Source: Eledone cirrhosa
Lineage: Eukaryota
Length of the DNA: 14,805 nucleotides
Assembly: GCA_964016885.1 (NCBI GenBank)
Contig: CAXHJY010000411.1
Location: 1 to 14,805, forward strand
Direction: 5' to 3'
The notes under the pieces: generated by a model
What the model was told of the DNA's origin: nothing
Seen by the model: only the letters and a program-made list of their open reading frames with translations
Database searches by the model: none
Made by a program: the position numbers and the translations under genes
Part shown: in pieces, positions 1 through 10,536 of the stretch
Layout: each line of letters starts with the position of its first letter
Position numbering within the stretch: the first letter of the stretch is position 1

Positions 1-49
1 ATATTATACAGTATATAAATATTATATATATATAATATGTATATATATA

Positions 50-89
<40 letters not shown>

Positions 90-155
90 ATATATATGTA
101 TATATATACTGTATATATATATATATATATACCGTATATATATATATATATACCG

Positions 156-199
<44 letters not shown>

Positions 200-280
200 C
201 CATATATATATATATATATGAATGTATATATATATATACCGTATATATATATGTATAATATATATATATATATATATACC

Positions 281-327
<47 letters not shown>
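1..327. repeat. (TA)n microsatellite with interspersed TACCGTA/TACTGTA variants
   Basis: Direct reading: near-pure TA dinucleotide with recurrent 'tataccgtatata' interruptions. Confidence 0.98.
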
Positions 328-328
<1 letters not shown>

Positions 329-1994
329 CGGAGGAGGATGTGGTGTACGCCATTGATGAAATTAGAACAGACTCGGCTGCTGGACCTGATGGATTCCCAG
401 CAGTTCTCCTAAAAATATGTAAGCGGGCCCTTAGCAACTCCACTGAAGATGCTCTTCAGAAGCTCCTTGGCTAGCGGTGTACTACCCAGGGAGCTGAAAG
501 AAGGCACAATATGCCCTATCCATAAAGGAGGTAGTAGAGCGGAGGCCAAGAACTATAGGCCAGTCTCCCTGACGTCGCATATCAGTAAGGTCATGGAGCG
601 AGTCGTCAGAAAGAAACTAATCACTTTCCTCGAAGAAAATGACCGCCTGACTAGCACGCAACATGGCTTCCGCCCAGGAAGAAGCTGCCTTACACAGCTG
701 CTACATCACTACGACTGGGTACTGAGACAGCTACTAGACAGCTCACATGTAGACGTGATATATCTTGACTTTGCGAAGGCCTTTGACAAGGTCGACCACG
801 GAATGATATGTCACAAACTACACGGACTCGGCATAACTGGAAAAGTAGGTGAGTGGCTGCATGGCTTCCTGAGGGACAGAAGCCAGCAGTCGCAGCAAAT
901 GGGGCTCTCTCGAGGGAAACACCGATAACAAGTGGGGTGCCTCAGGGGACAGTCCTGGGACCACTACTGTTTTTGGTGGCTCTCTCGGACATGCCTCTGT
1001 GGTGCATGCAACAACATCCCTCACTAGCTATGCTGATGACACTAAGGTAGCACAGGCAATCAAAAACCCGGCTGACACTGCCCTCTTACAGCAGGATCTG
1101 GATGCCATATACAGATGGGCGGAAGAAAACAACATGCAGTTTAATGCTAGCAAATTCCAAGCCTACAATACAAACCTGCAAACACAAACACAAATATAGC
1201 GGAACACAGCTACACAGGACCAGGAGGGACCGATATCCCCGTGTCAAAATCGATACGAGACCTGGGCATAGACATGAGCGATGATGCATCTTTTTCTTCA
1301 CACATCATGAAGGTGGCGACAGCATGTAGACGATTCGCTGGCTGGATCTTGAGGACTTTCCTTACAAGAGATCGAGACACCATGTTGACACTGTGGAGGA
1401 CTTTTGTCCTAAGCCGCCTGGACTACTGCTCCCAGCTGTGGTCACCCCATAGTGTCAAACTAACCACAGAGCTTGAGGCATCCAGCGAAGCTACACCAAG
1501 AGGATTGCCAAGATGAGGGAGACAAGCTACTGGGAGAGGCTGAAGGAACTGAACCTCTACTCCTTGGAGCGAAGACGGGAGAGATACGCAGTGATCTACA
1601 TGTGGAAAATCCTGGAGGACTAGCACCAAACTTTGGCATTGGGAGCTGGACCAACCGTCGAACAGGACGTCACTGTGTGGTGCCAAAGGTCCCGTCTTCC
1701 ACATCTAGAATAAGGAGCAGGTATTGCAATAGCCTGGGATTCAAGGGCCCTCAACTCTTCAACAGGCTGCCGAGGCATCTGCGAGACTTGCATGACGTGG
1801 AGGTGGATGTCTTTAAGAAACATCTCGACACCTTGTTATCCAGGATCCCGGATGAGCCCACAGCAAGACACGAGGGAAACCTAAGGGCAGCAGCAACAAA
1901 CTCCCTCCTACACAGTGGCCAACCTATACAGGCTGGAGATAAAGTGTGTAGCAGCAAGGGCGGTGCCCCAGCATGGCCTCAGCCGGATGGCTGA
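328..1994 (+). pseudogene. Reverse transcriptase ORF2 fragment (YADD at about 1029-1040), split by several 1-bp indels
   Basis: ORF track pieces 449-928, 853-1050, 999-1199, 1241-1516 and 1473-1994 are consecutive portions of one LINE ORF2. Confidence 0.9.
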
Positions 1995-2020
1995 AACAGG
2001 TAAAAGAGAATAAAAGAGAA
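328..2020 (+). mobile_element. 5'-truncated non-LTR retrotransposon (LINE), CR1 group; RT plus C-terminal region, with frameshifts
   Basis: Stitched frames give SAAGPDG, PIHKGG..NYRPVSLTS, QHGFRPGRSCLTQL, IYLDFAKAFDKVDH, GVPQGTVLGPLLF, YADD, RDLG, RLDYCSQLWSP and LYSLERRRERY. Stop at 1992-1994, 3' hairpin tcagcc-ggat-ggctga (1979-1994) and a tandem tail (TAAAAGAGAA)2 at 2001-2020. No endonuclease domain is present. Confidence 0.93.
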
Positions 2021-2093
2021 TATATATATATATATGTATGTATATATATATATATATGTATGTATATATATATATATATGTATATAAATATAT

Positions 2094-2126
<33 letters not shown>

Positions 2127-2129
2127 CCG

Positions 2130-2225
<96 letters not shown>

Positions 2226-2250
2226 AATATATATATATATATATATACCG

Positions 2251-2288
<38 letters not shown>

Positions 2289-2349
2289 TATGTATGCATG
2301 CATATATATATATACATATATATGTGTGGGTTATATATATATATATATG

Positions 2350-2379
<30 letters not shown>
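2021..2379. repeat. (TA)n microsatellite with the same TACCGTA variant as 1-327
   Basis: Direct reading; 'tataccgtata' occurs near 2125 and 2245. Confidence 0.97.
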
Positions 2380-2380
<1 letters not shown>

Positions 2381-2612
2381 GGAGGTGAGTTTTATTGTAG
2401 TACAATAAAGCAATGCAGATATCGGATAGAAGCACTCTACAGTTTGTAGGACTGAGTATACATAATATATAAGATCAAAAGATGGTTAAAAGAGTTCCAA
2501 GTATTTTATTATGCGCATTTCAAAAACAAATATCATCATGGGATGATATCTGCGATTTCATCAGATAAAATAGGGATACATGATATGAAGCTTAAAAAAC
2601 ACTTGTGAATAG

Positions 2613-2615
<3 letters not shown>
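2380..2615 (-). mobile_element. Probable Penelope-like element pseudo-LTR fragment or hammerhead-bearing short retroelement
   Basis: Unique-sequence island between (TA)n tracts. It contains a type I hammerhead with palindromic stem III, the architecture known from PLE pLTRs. No RT or GIY-YIG coding sequence is visible. Confidence 0.6.
2502..2572 (-). ncRNA. Type I hammerhead ribozyme
   Basis: Minus strand reads UAUUUUAU-CUGAUGA-[AAUCGCAGAUAUCAUC CCAU GAUGAUAUUUGUUUUU]-GAA-AUGCGCAU-A-AUAAAAUA. Stem I is a perfect 8 bp, the core is intact, stem II pairs at 14 of 16 positions (including G-U), stem III AUGCGCAU is self-complementary, and the cleavage triplet is AUA. Confidence 0.88.
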
Positions 2616-3560
<945 letters not shown>

Positions 3561-3721
3561 AGAGAGGGGGAAATATGGAGGGCGGGTTGTCTTTTAATTC
3601 TCAATAAACGATTATTGTATAGTTCAGGTATCGATCTAGCTAGACACTCGGTACCTGCTTTCACTGTGTGTATATATATATACACACATATATACACATA
3701 TATATACCATATATATACCAT

Positions 3722-3774
<53 letters not shown>

Positions 3775-3775
<1 letters not shown>

Positions 3776-4545
3776 TCTCCTTACTCTCTCTCTGTATCTA
3801 TAGACACAATGCCCCCTCTCTATATATCTATATATATATCCTCTCCTCACTCTCTTTTTAACACCCTTTCCCCCCTCTCTATATATGTATATATATCCTC
3901 TCCTCACTCTCTTTTTAACACCCTTTCCCCCCTCTCTATATATGTATATATATCCTCTCCTCACTCTCTTTTTAACACCCTTTCCCCCCTCTCTATATAT
4001 GTATATATATCCTCTCCTCACTCTCTTTTTAACACCCTTTCCCCCCTCTCTATATATGTATATATATCCTCTCCTCACTCTCTTTTTAACACCCTTTCCC
4101 CCTCTCTATATATGTATATATATCCTCTCCTCACTCTCTTTTTAACACCCTTTCCCCCTCTCTATATATGTATATATATCCTCTCCTCACTCTCTTTTTA
4201 ACACCCTTTCCCCCCTCTATATATGTATATATATCCTCTCCTCACTCTCTTTTTAACACCCTTTCCCCCTCTCTATATATGTATATATATCCTCTCCTCA
4301 CTCTCTTTTCAACACCCTTCCCCCCTCTCTATATATGTATATATATCTTCTCCTCACTCTCCTTTTCACACTCTATCCCCTCTCTCTGTATATATATTAA
4401 CATATATTCCCCCTCTCTATATACATGTTTATAAATCCTCTCCTTACTCTCTCTAATCACACTCTTTCCCCCTCTCTCTGTATATATATTAGTTAACATT
4501 TCCCCTCTCTATACCTATGTATATATTACCCCCATTACTCTCTAT
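3775..4545. repeat. Minisatellite, unit about 54-57 bp (tatatcctctcctcactctctttttaacaccctttccccc..tctctatatatgtata), about 9 conserved copies plus degenerate flanking units
   Basis: Tandem units are directly visible and appear as the 19-aa periodicity of ORFs 3110-4078 and 3668-4201. Confidence 0.95.
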
Positions 4546-4614
4546 AAACATATATGTAAGGAGAGAGAGAGAGGGAGAGTAAGGCACGCGTTCGTTGACA
4601 CTGATGTTGGTAGC

Positions 4615-5014
4615 GTCTCTCCCTCTCTCTCTCTAGTGTCGTCTGCTGATCTCTCTCCCCCTCTCTTACTTTCTTACACACTCTCTCTCTCTCTCTAGTG
4701 TCGTCTGCTGGTCTCTCTCCCCCTCTCTTACTTTCTTACTCTCTCTCTCTCTATCTCTCTCTCTCTAGTGTCGTCTGCTGGTCTCTCTCCCCCTCTCTTA
4801 CTTTCTTACACACTCTCTCTCTATCTCTCTCTCTAGTGTCGTCTGCTGGTCTCTCCCCCCCTCTCTTACTTTCTTACTCTCTCTCTCTCTATCTCTCTCT
4901 CTAGTGTCGTCTGCTGGTCTCTCTCCCCCTCTCTTACTTTCTTACACACACACTCTCTCTCTCTCTCTCTCTTTCTCTCTAGTGTCGTCTGCTGCTCTCT
5001 CTCCCCCTCTCTTA

Positions 5015-5054
<40 letters not shown>

Positions 5055-5245
5055 CTCTCTCTAGTGTCGTCTGCTGGTCTCTCTCCCCCTCTCTTACTTT
5101 CTTACTCTCTCTCTCTCTCTCTCTTTCTATCTCTCTCTCTAGTGTCGTCTGCTGGTCTCTCCCCCCCTCTCTTACTTTCTGACACACACTCTCTCTATCT
5201 CTCTCTCTAGTGTCGTCTGCTGGTCTCTCTCCCCCTCTCTTACTT

Positions 5246-5277
<32 letters not shown>

Positions 5278-5500
5278 TCTCTCTCTAGTGTCGTCTGCTG
5301 ATCTCTCTCCCACTCTCTTACTTTCTTACACTCTCTCTATCTCTCTCTCTCTCTAGTGTCGTCTGCTGATCTCTGTCGCTCTCCATCTCTTTCTTACTCT
5401 TTCTCTCTTACTCTCCCCCTCTCTCTCTTTCTTTTACTCTCTCTCTCTCTAATGTCGTCTGCTATTTCTTTCTTCTTCCTTCTTCTTCTAATGTCCTCTC
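4615..5500. repeat. Minisatellite: conserved ~42-bp core CTAGTGTCGTCTGCTGGTCTCTCTCCCCCTCTCTTACTTTCT separated by variable (CT)n spacers, about 11 copies plus 1-2 degenerate
   Basis: Cores start at about 4633, 4695, 4765, 4833, 4901, 4979, 5061, 5139, 5207, 5285 and 5353. Confidence 0.95.
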
Positions 5501-5958
5501 CCCAGCTTCACCCCCTCCTCTCTCACTCTATGTACTACAATGCATTGTAAGTGTCCACGCATTCTACTCCACAGTCACAAATGCACGCTTACGTTTAACA
5601 ACGCAGCTCTCAGGGAGATCCATCACCACACATATACATTGTATACCACAAACCCGGTCCCCTTTAAATTTAACAAATCCCGTCCATTCCGACAGACTTC
5701 TGCATAGCCCCTGTCTACCAATTTCGCTGAAAAGGCCATGGGCTTGGTAATCGACACTGGGGATGCCATAGCGTGTGACCTTTATATAGCCAGATGGACT
5801 GAGCTGTTGATTGATTTACGTCTGGCTGGTCTCCGATTGTAATCGAACGAACACGATATCGATCTGCACTGAAAATGATAGAAGAAGAAGAAAAAGAAGA
5901 GGAACTGTCAATAATCTTAAGTGGTCATGTTTGCACAGGTTTATACACTCTCACACGC

Positions 5959-5961
5959 GTG

Positions 5962-6034
<73 letters not shown>

Positions 6035-6245
6035 GTGTGTGTGTATGTACTTGTGTATAAATACATATATATATATATATATGTGTGTGTGTGTATACAT
6101 ATATATGTATATATACATATATATGTATATATACATATATATGTATATATACATATCTATATCTATATATACATATCTATATATATATATGTATATATAT
6201 GTGTATATATATATACGTATATATACATATATATATGTATATACG

Positions 6246-6286
<41 letters not shown>

Positions 6287-6376
6287 GTATATATACACAT
6301 ATATATACGTATATATACACATATATATATATATATATATATATACGTATATATACACATATATATACGTATATAT

Positions 6377-6408
<32 letters not shown>

Positions 6409-6789
6409 GTATACGTATATATATACGTATATATACATATGTATGCATATATATATATATATATATACGTATATATATACATATATATACGTATATATGC
6501 ATATATATATACATATATACACATATGTATATATGTATTTATACATATATATTTATACGTATATATGCATATATATATACATATATACACATATGTATAT
6601 ATGTATTTATACATATATATTTATACATATATATACACACACATATGTATATATGTATGTGTGTATGTATAGACAAACATTATATACAGACATACACATG
6701 TGTGTATATATATGTGACTATATATATATATATACATATATATACATATATATATACATATATATACATATATATATACATATATACAC

Positions 6790-6836
<47 letters not shown>

Positions 6837-6874
6837 CACATGCTCTTTGCTCTAAGCCATAAGGTCACAAATAA

Positions 6875-6940
<66 letters not shown>
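5959..6940. repeat. ~1-kb compound (TA)n/(CA)n microsatellite with TACGTA and TACACA variants
   Basis: Direct reading. Confidence 0.97.
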
Positions 6941-7057
6941 TCCACCAACACAGCAATGTTAAAAGTTTGTTTAAGAAAATGTATATTTATTTATTCAAGA
7001 GGTAAAAGATGGGGTACAGTCCTAGTATAATGCAATATATAATATCACATATCTATC

Positions 7058-7804
7058 TAGGGCGGGTAAAATTCCCGAGATCCATGGACGAGTTCTCTCC
7101 AGCGGTCTCTGTCCCTCATTATCGCTGCCATGCCCTGCGTATCCAACAGACCAGTGTCTGTCCTTAGGGCATCAACATACGTTAACCTTGGCCTTCCTCT
7201 TCCATGTAGGGGCTCCCACAGGAGCACTGAGTGCAGTGTCAACTCTGGATGTCGGTGAGCATGTCCAGCTAACCTAGTGTGTCCATGTAGGGGCTCCCAC
7301 AGGAGCACTGAGTGCAGTGTGAACTCTGGATGTCGGTGAGCATGTATAGCTAACCTAGTGTGTCCATGTAGGGGCTCCCACAGGAGCACTGAGTGCAGTG
7401 TCAACTCTGGATGTCGGTGAGCATGTCCAGCTAACCTAGTGTGTCCATGTAGGGGCTCCCACAGGAGCACTGAGTGCAGTGTGAACTCTGGATGTCGGTG
7501 AGCATGTATAGCTAACCTAGTGTGTCCATGTAGGGGCTCCCACAGGAGCACTGAGTGCAGTGTCAACTCTGGATGTCGGTGAGCATGTCCAGCTAACCCA
7601 GTGTGTCCATGTAGGGGCTCCCACAGGAGCACTGAGTGCAGTGTCAGCTCTGGATGTCGGTGAGCATGTCCAGCTAACCCAGTGTGTCCATGTAGGGGCT
7701 CCCACAGGAGCACTGAGTGCAATGTCAACTCTGGATGTCGGTGAGCATGTCCAGCTAACCTCAGTCTCCTCCTTGAGGTAAGGTATTGTCAGCCATTGAA
7801 AAGA
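7058..7804 (-). mobile_element. 5'-truncated RTE-group LINE 3' end with internal tandem amplification, flanked by a candidate 14-bp TSD
   Basis: Minus strand encodes RRRLRLAGHAHRH..VLLWEP.HG..RGRPRLTYVDAL..D.G..MRDRDRWRELV, a typical RTE C-terminus. The stop runs into a TAGATAGAT tail. ATCACATATCTATC occurs at 7044-7057 and 7805-7818. Confidence 0.85.
7201..7760. repeat. 81-bp tandem repeat, about 7 copies, derived from RTE coding sequence
   Basis: Units start at 7201, 7282, 7363, 7444, 7525, 7606 and 7687; 27-aa periodicity in ORF 7057-7728. Confidence 0.97.
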
Positions 7805-8383
7805 ATCACATATCTATCCGTTGTAATTCAGTCTCTATTTGTACCCCCGAAGAAGGGCTAAAGCCCATCACGTCGAACCAGAGACCCAACCCATAACACT
7901 AGAAGTCTCCACTGCTATAGGTTTGTCAAAAAGACAGCCCCCCCCCCCCCCTTTTGATATATTTACCAAAAAAAAAAAAAAAAATATGTAGACTGTTAAA
8001 AGCCATTTGGAATGCTTGCAATATCTGGAATACTTCTGGGACGTCAAATTAAATCATAAAAACCCAAACCAAATGTAGACTTTGCTAGTTCTTCTTGTTG
8101 TGTCCACAAAAGTGTCAGCTACAAAGCTTGGCTAGATGTGGTTCCACCACACCTCAACTCATTGCTGTCTTTTCTCATTAAACTCTGCCAAGTCCAATGC
8201 TGTGCAGGGGTGTTGTGTAGTCTGTGGTTCGATGCCAGTTAAAGAACAAACTTCATTTTTGGTCAGTTGACAATTCTATAATCGACTCTCCCGTTTTACT
8301 CCCTCAATTCTGGTGAATTTAAAAAAAAAAAAAGTTTGTCGTTCACATTACTGGACCGGGGGGGGGGGGGGGGGGGTAGAAGA

Positions 8384-8701
8384 CGAGTGTATCTCTTGTC
8401 CGATCGAACCCGTGGACCTTCCCTTCTCGTGGGAATTAACCTATATATATATATACATATGGCAAAAAGGACTGTAAGATGAAGGTAACGAAACAGTAAG
8501 TTACCTGGTAATCTTTGTTTTGTTATTGCTGTTGTTTCGTTTGTCTTAATAGTTTGGGACTTAAAAATAAAAGTTTAATAAAAAAAAAAAAAAAAAAAAT
8601 GTCGCCATTTTTAAACATGAGCCAGAAATTGACTACATTTTTCGAGTGTATCTCTTTTTCGATCGAACCCGTGAACCTTCCCTTCTCGTGGGAATTAACC
8701 T
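8384..8701 (+). repeat. 59-bp direct repeat (8384-8442 and 8643-8701)
   Basis: cgagtgtatctct..cgatcgaacccgtg.accttcccttctcgtgggaattaacct occurs twice with few mismatches. Confidence 0.9.
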
Positions 8702-8807
8702 CGAAGGAGCTGGACATTCCAAAAGCACGTGAACCCTTAAATCTCTTCCTACCAACAACCACCATCTTCTTCTACGAAACAAGGTCGCCATTTCTAAAGA
8801 GTTATAA

Positions 8808-9072
8808 CTTAATAATAGTTTCTGATTTAGATACAAGGCTAACAACATTTTTGGGGGGAAAGGGAAAGTCGATTAAAATTACACCCCAGTGTATTACTGG
8901 TACTTTATTTTATCGACCCCCCCCCCCCCCCACACACACACAAACACACACACACACCGTAAAGATGAAAGGCAAAGCAAAGCGATAACCTAGCGGTGAG
9001 ATTTGAACTTAGATCATAAAGGACCGTAACTCTGTACCTTGAAGCATGTTGTTCGTGGCTCTAGCGAAATGT
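8808..9072 (-). mobile_element. tRNA-derived SINE (Meta-domain-like), diverged near-full-length copy with an internal microsatellite
   Basis: Shares actggtactttattttatcgacccc..gatgaaaggcaaag with 10024 and 13024. Degenerate B box (minus strand aagttcaaatctc) and an ATT-type tail at about 8811. Confidence 0.75.
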
Positions 9073-9100
9073 TCAACATTGAAAGTTTAATAGAAATATA

Positions 9101-9276
9101 CGGTATTTCCCGGCGCCGAAGACACTTCGTTCTCGAGAACAAACCCTAATTTTGACAACCAAAAATTTGAAAAAAAAAAAAAGGTAATAAACAACCTTCT
9201 GCCCCCGGGACTCATGGTAGATTTTTGAGACTTATTTTAGGAAAAAACTAGCGTATTCGGCGGCCGGGAAATACAG
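9101..9276. mobile_element. MITE (176 bp), Tc1/mariner-pogo-like
   Basis: Imperfect ~26-bp TIRs: CGGTATTTCCCGGC-GCCGAAGACACT on the left and CTGTATTTCCCGGCCGCCGAATACGCT on the right (reverse complement). TA at 9099-9100 and 9277-9278. Confidence 0.75.
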
Positions 9277-9773
9277 TAGTTTGCTTGAAGCAAGGACTTT
9301 AAGATGAAGGTAACGGAAAAAGTAAGTTACCTGGTAATCTTTGTTTTGTTATTTTTGTTGTTGCTGTTGTTTCGTTTGTCTTAATAATTTGGGACTTAAA
9401 AATAAAAGTTTAATAAAAAAAACAAAACAAAATGTCGCCATTTTTAAACATGAGCCAGAAATTGACGAAATTTTTCGTTTTTATTTTGAATTACAGCTTA
9501 ACAAAAACTGTGTGAAATCAAGAAGAAATTTTCAAGTATGTTGATTTTATTTATTAAAATAATAATTTATTAAAATAATATTTATTAAAATAATAATTTC
9601 TTAATTTCTTCTTATTATTAACATTTTTTAATCGTATTTTTTTTTTTTTTTTAGCAATATATATATAGCAATATATATAGATTGCAACATATCTTAGTGA
9701 TATCTTTTCATTGCGATGTTATATATATTTGTGACGAAGTTTAATAGTGTATAATTCTACTATATATATATAG

Positions 9774-9970
9774 AGGAACGAGTAGGACCCCGACAGTTGA
9801 GCTCAAGCCGTTTCGACGGCTAATTCTGGACTCCAGAATTCTGCGTCCAGAATTAGCCGTCGAAACGGCTTGAGCTGAGCCGTCGGGGTCCTACTCGTTC
9901 CTATTACCCACTCTACTACCCTAAGTATTGAGTTCTTTGGTGCGTTATGGTCCACCTGGTTCCTTACCAT
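9774..9970. repeat. Unclassified element A, copy 1: inverted 58-bp arm plus ~126-bp body, forming a ~129-bp near-palindrome (9774-9902)
   Basis: 9774-9831 is the reverse complement of 9845-9902; 9845-9970 matches 11025-11150. Confidence 0.88.
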
Positions 9971-9974
9971 TTTA

Positions 9975-10082
9975 AATAATTGTTTCTACGTTTGGCACAA
10001 GGCCAGCAATTACCCAGTGCATTACTGGTACTTTATTTTATCGACCCCGTAAGGATGAAAGGCAAAGTTAACCTCGACGGGA
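9975..10082 (-). mobile_element. SINE fragment (same family), 5'-truncated and internally deleted
   Basis: 10021-10082 is nearly identical to 13021-13082; tttggcacaaggccagcaat corresponds to the tail region at 8826-8847. Confidence 0.78.
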
Positions 10083-10155
10083 TATAATTATTCTCTGATA
10101 TGTATTGAGGACCTTACTTACTGTGGTTACCCCCGATTGAACCTGGGACTCACAC

Positions 10156-10356
10156 ACACATAGATAATGTAGTCCTAGATACACTGTGTCTGTATATAAG
10201 ACAGGACACATTAGATAATGTAGTCCTAGATACACTGTGTCTATATAAGACAGAACACATTAGATAATGTCCTAGATACACTGTGTCTGTATATAAGACA
10301 GGACACATTAGATAATGTAGTCCTAGATACACTATGTTTGAATAAAAAAGACAGGA
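10156..10356. repeat. 48-51-bp tandem repeat, about 4 copies
   Basis: tagataatgtagtcctagatacactgtgtctgtatataagacaggacacat units at 10161, 10212, 10261 and 10309. Confidence 0.93.
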
Positions 10357-10536
10357 TGGTCACAGCTGGAAAACTTTCTTTGATTTTGTTGTTGTTGTAT
10401 CTGTTTGACCAGGAACTGACCTAGGGCTAAACAAAAGCGACATATATAATTTAACATTGAGAAACTCAACAAAGAAAGATGGCGACTTTTGATTCCGATG
10501 GAACAGATAACAGGAAGTAGGGAACCGGATGTGGTA

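Larger units (their letters stand above)
8467..9466 (+). repeat. ~170-bp direct repeat (8467-8633 and 9292-9466)
   Basis: aaggact.taagatgaaggtaacg...catgagccagaaattgac occurs twice; the ORFs at 8515 and 9341 share their N-termini. Confidence 0.92.

Noticed and set aside
3627-3657. Small hairpin caggtatcga...tcggtacctg enclosing tctagctaga
   Set aside because: Too short and without context to support a function.
4633-5400. CRISPR-like repeat-spacer appearance
   Set aside because: The spacers are (CT)n rather than unique sequence, there are no cas genes, and the context is eukaryotic.
5811-6962. 383-aa ORF and the many other YI/CV/HT-rich ORFs
   Set aside because: These are translations of dinucleotide microsatellites that lack stop codons; there is no protein signal.
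7057-7728. 223-aa His-rich repeat protein as a real gene
   Set aside because: It is a tandemly amplified LINE C-terminus with a non-ATG start.
7844-7880. ccgaagaa-gggc-taaa-gccc resembling a Penelope-type hammerhead
   Set aside because: The required GAAA is replaced by atca, the first core motif is CCGAAGA, and stem I does not form. At best it is a dead relic.
7990-8290. Higher-complexity stretch as a possible host exon
   Set aside because: The minus-strand frames I translated contain stops, the ORF track shows no ORF here, and I recognised no motif or convincing splice pair. It cannot be excluded without RNA data.
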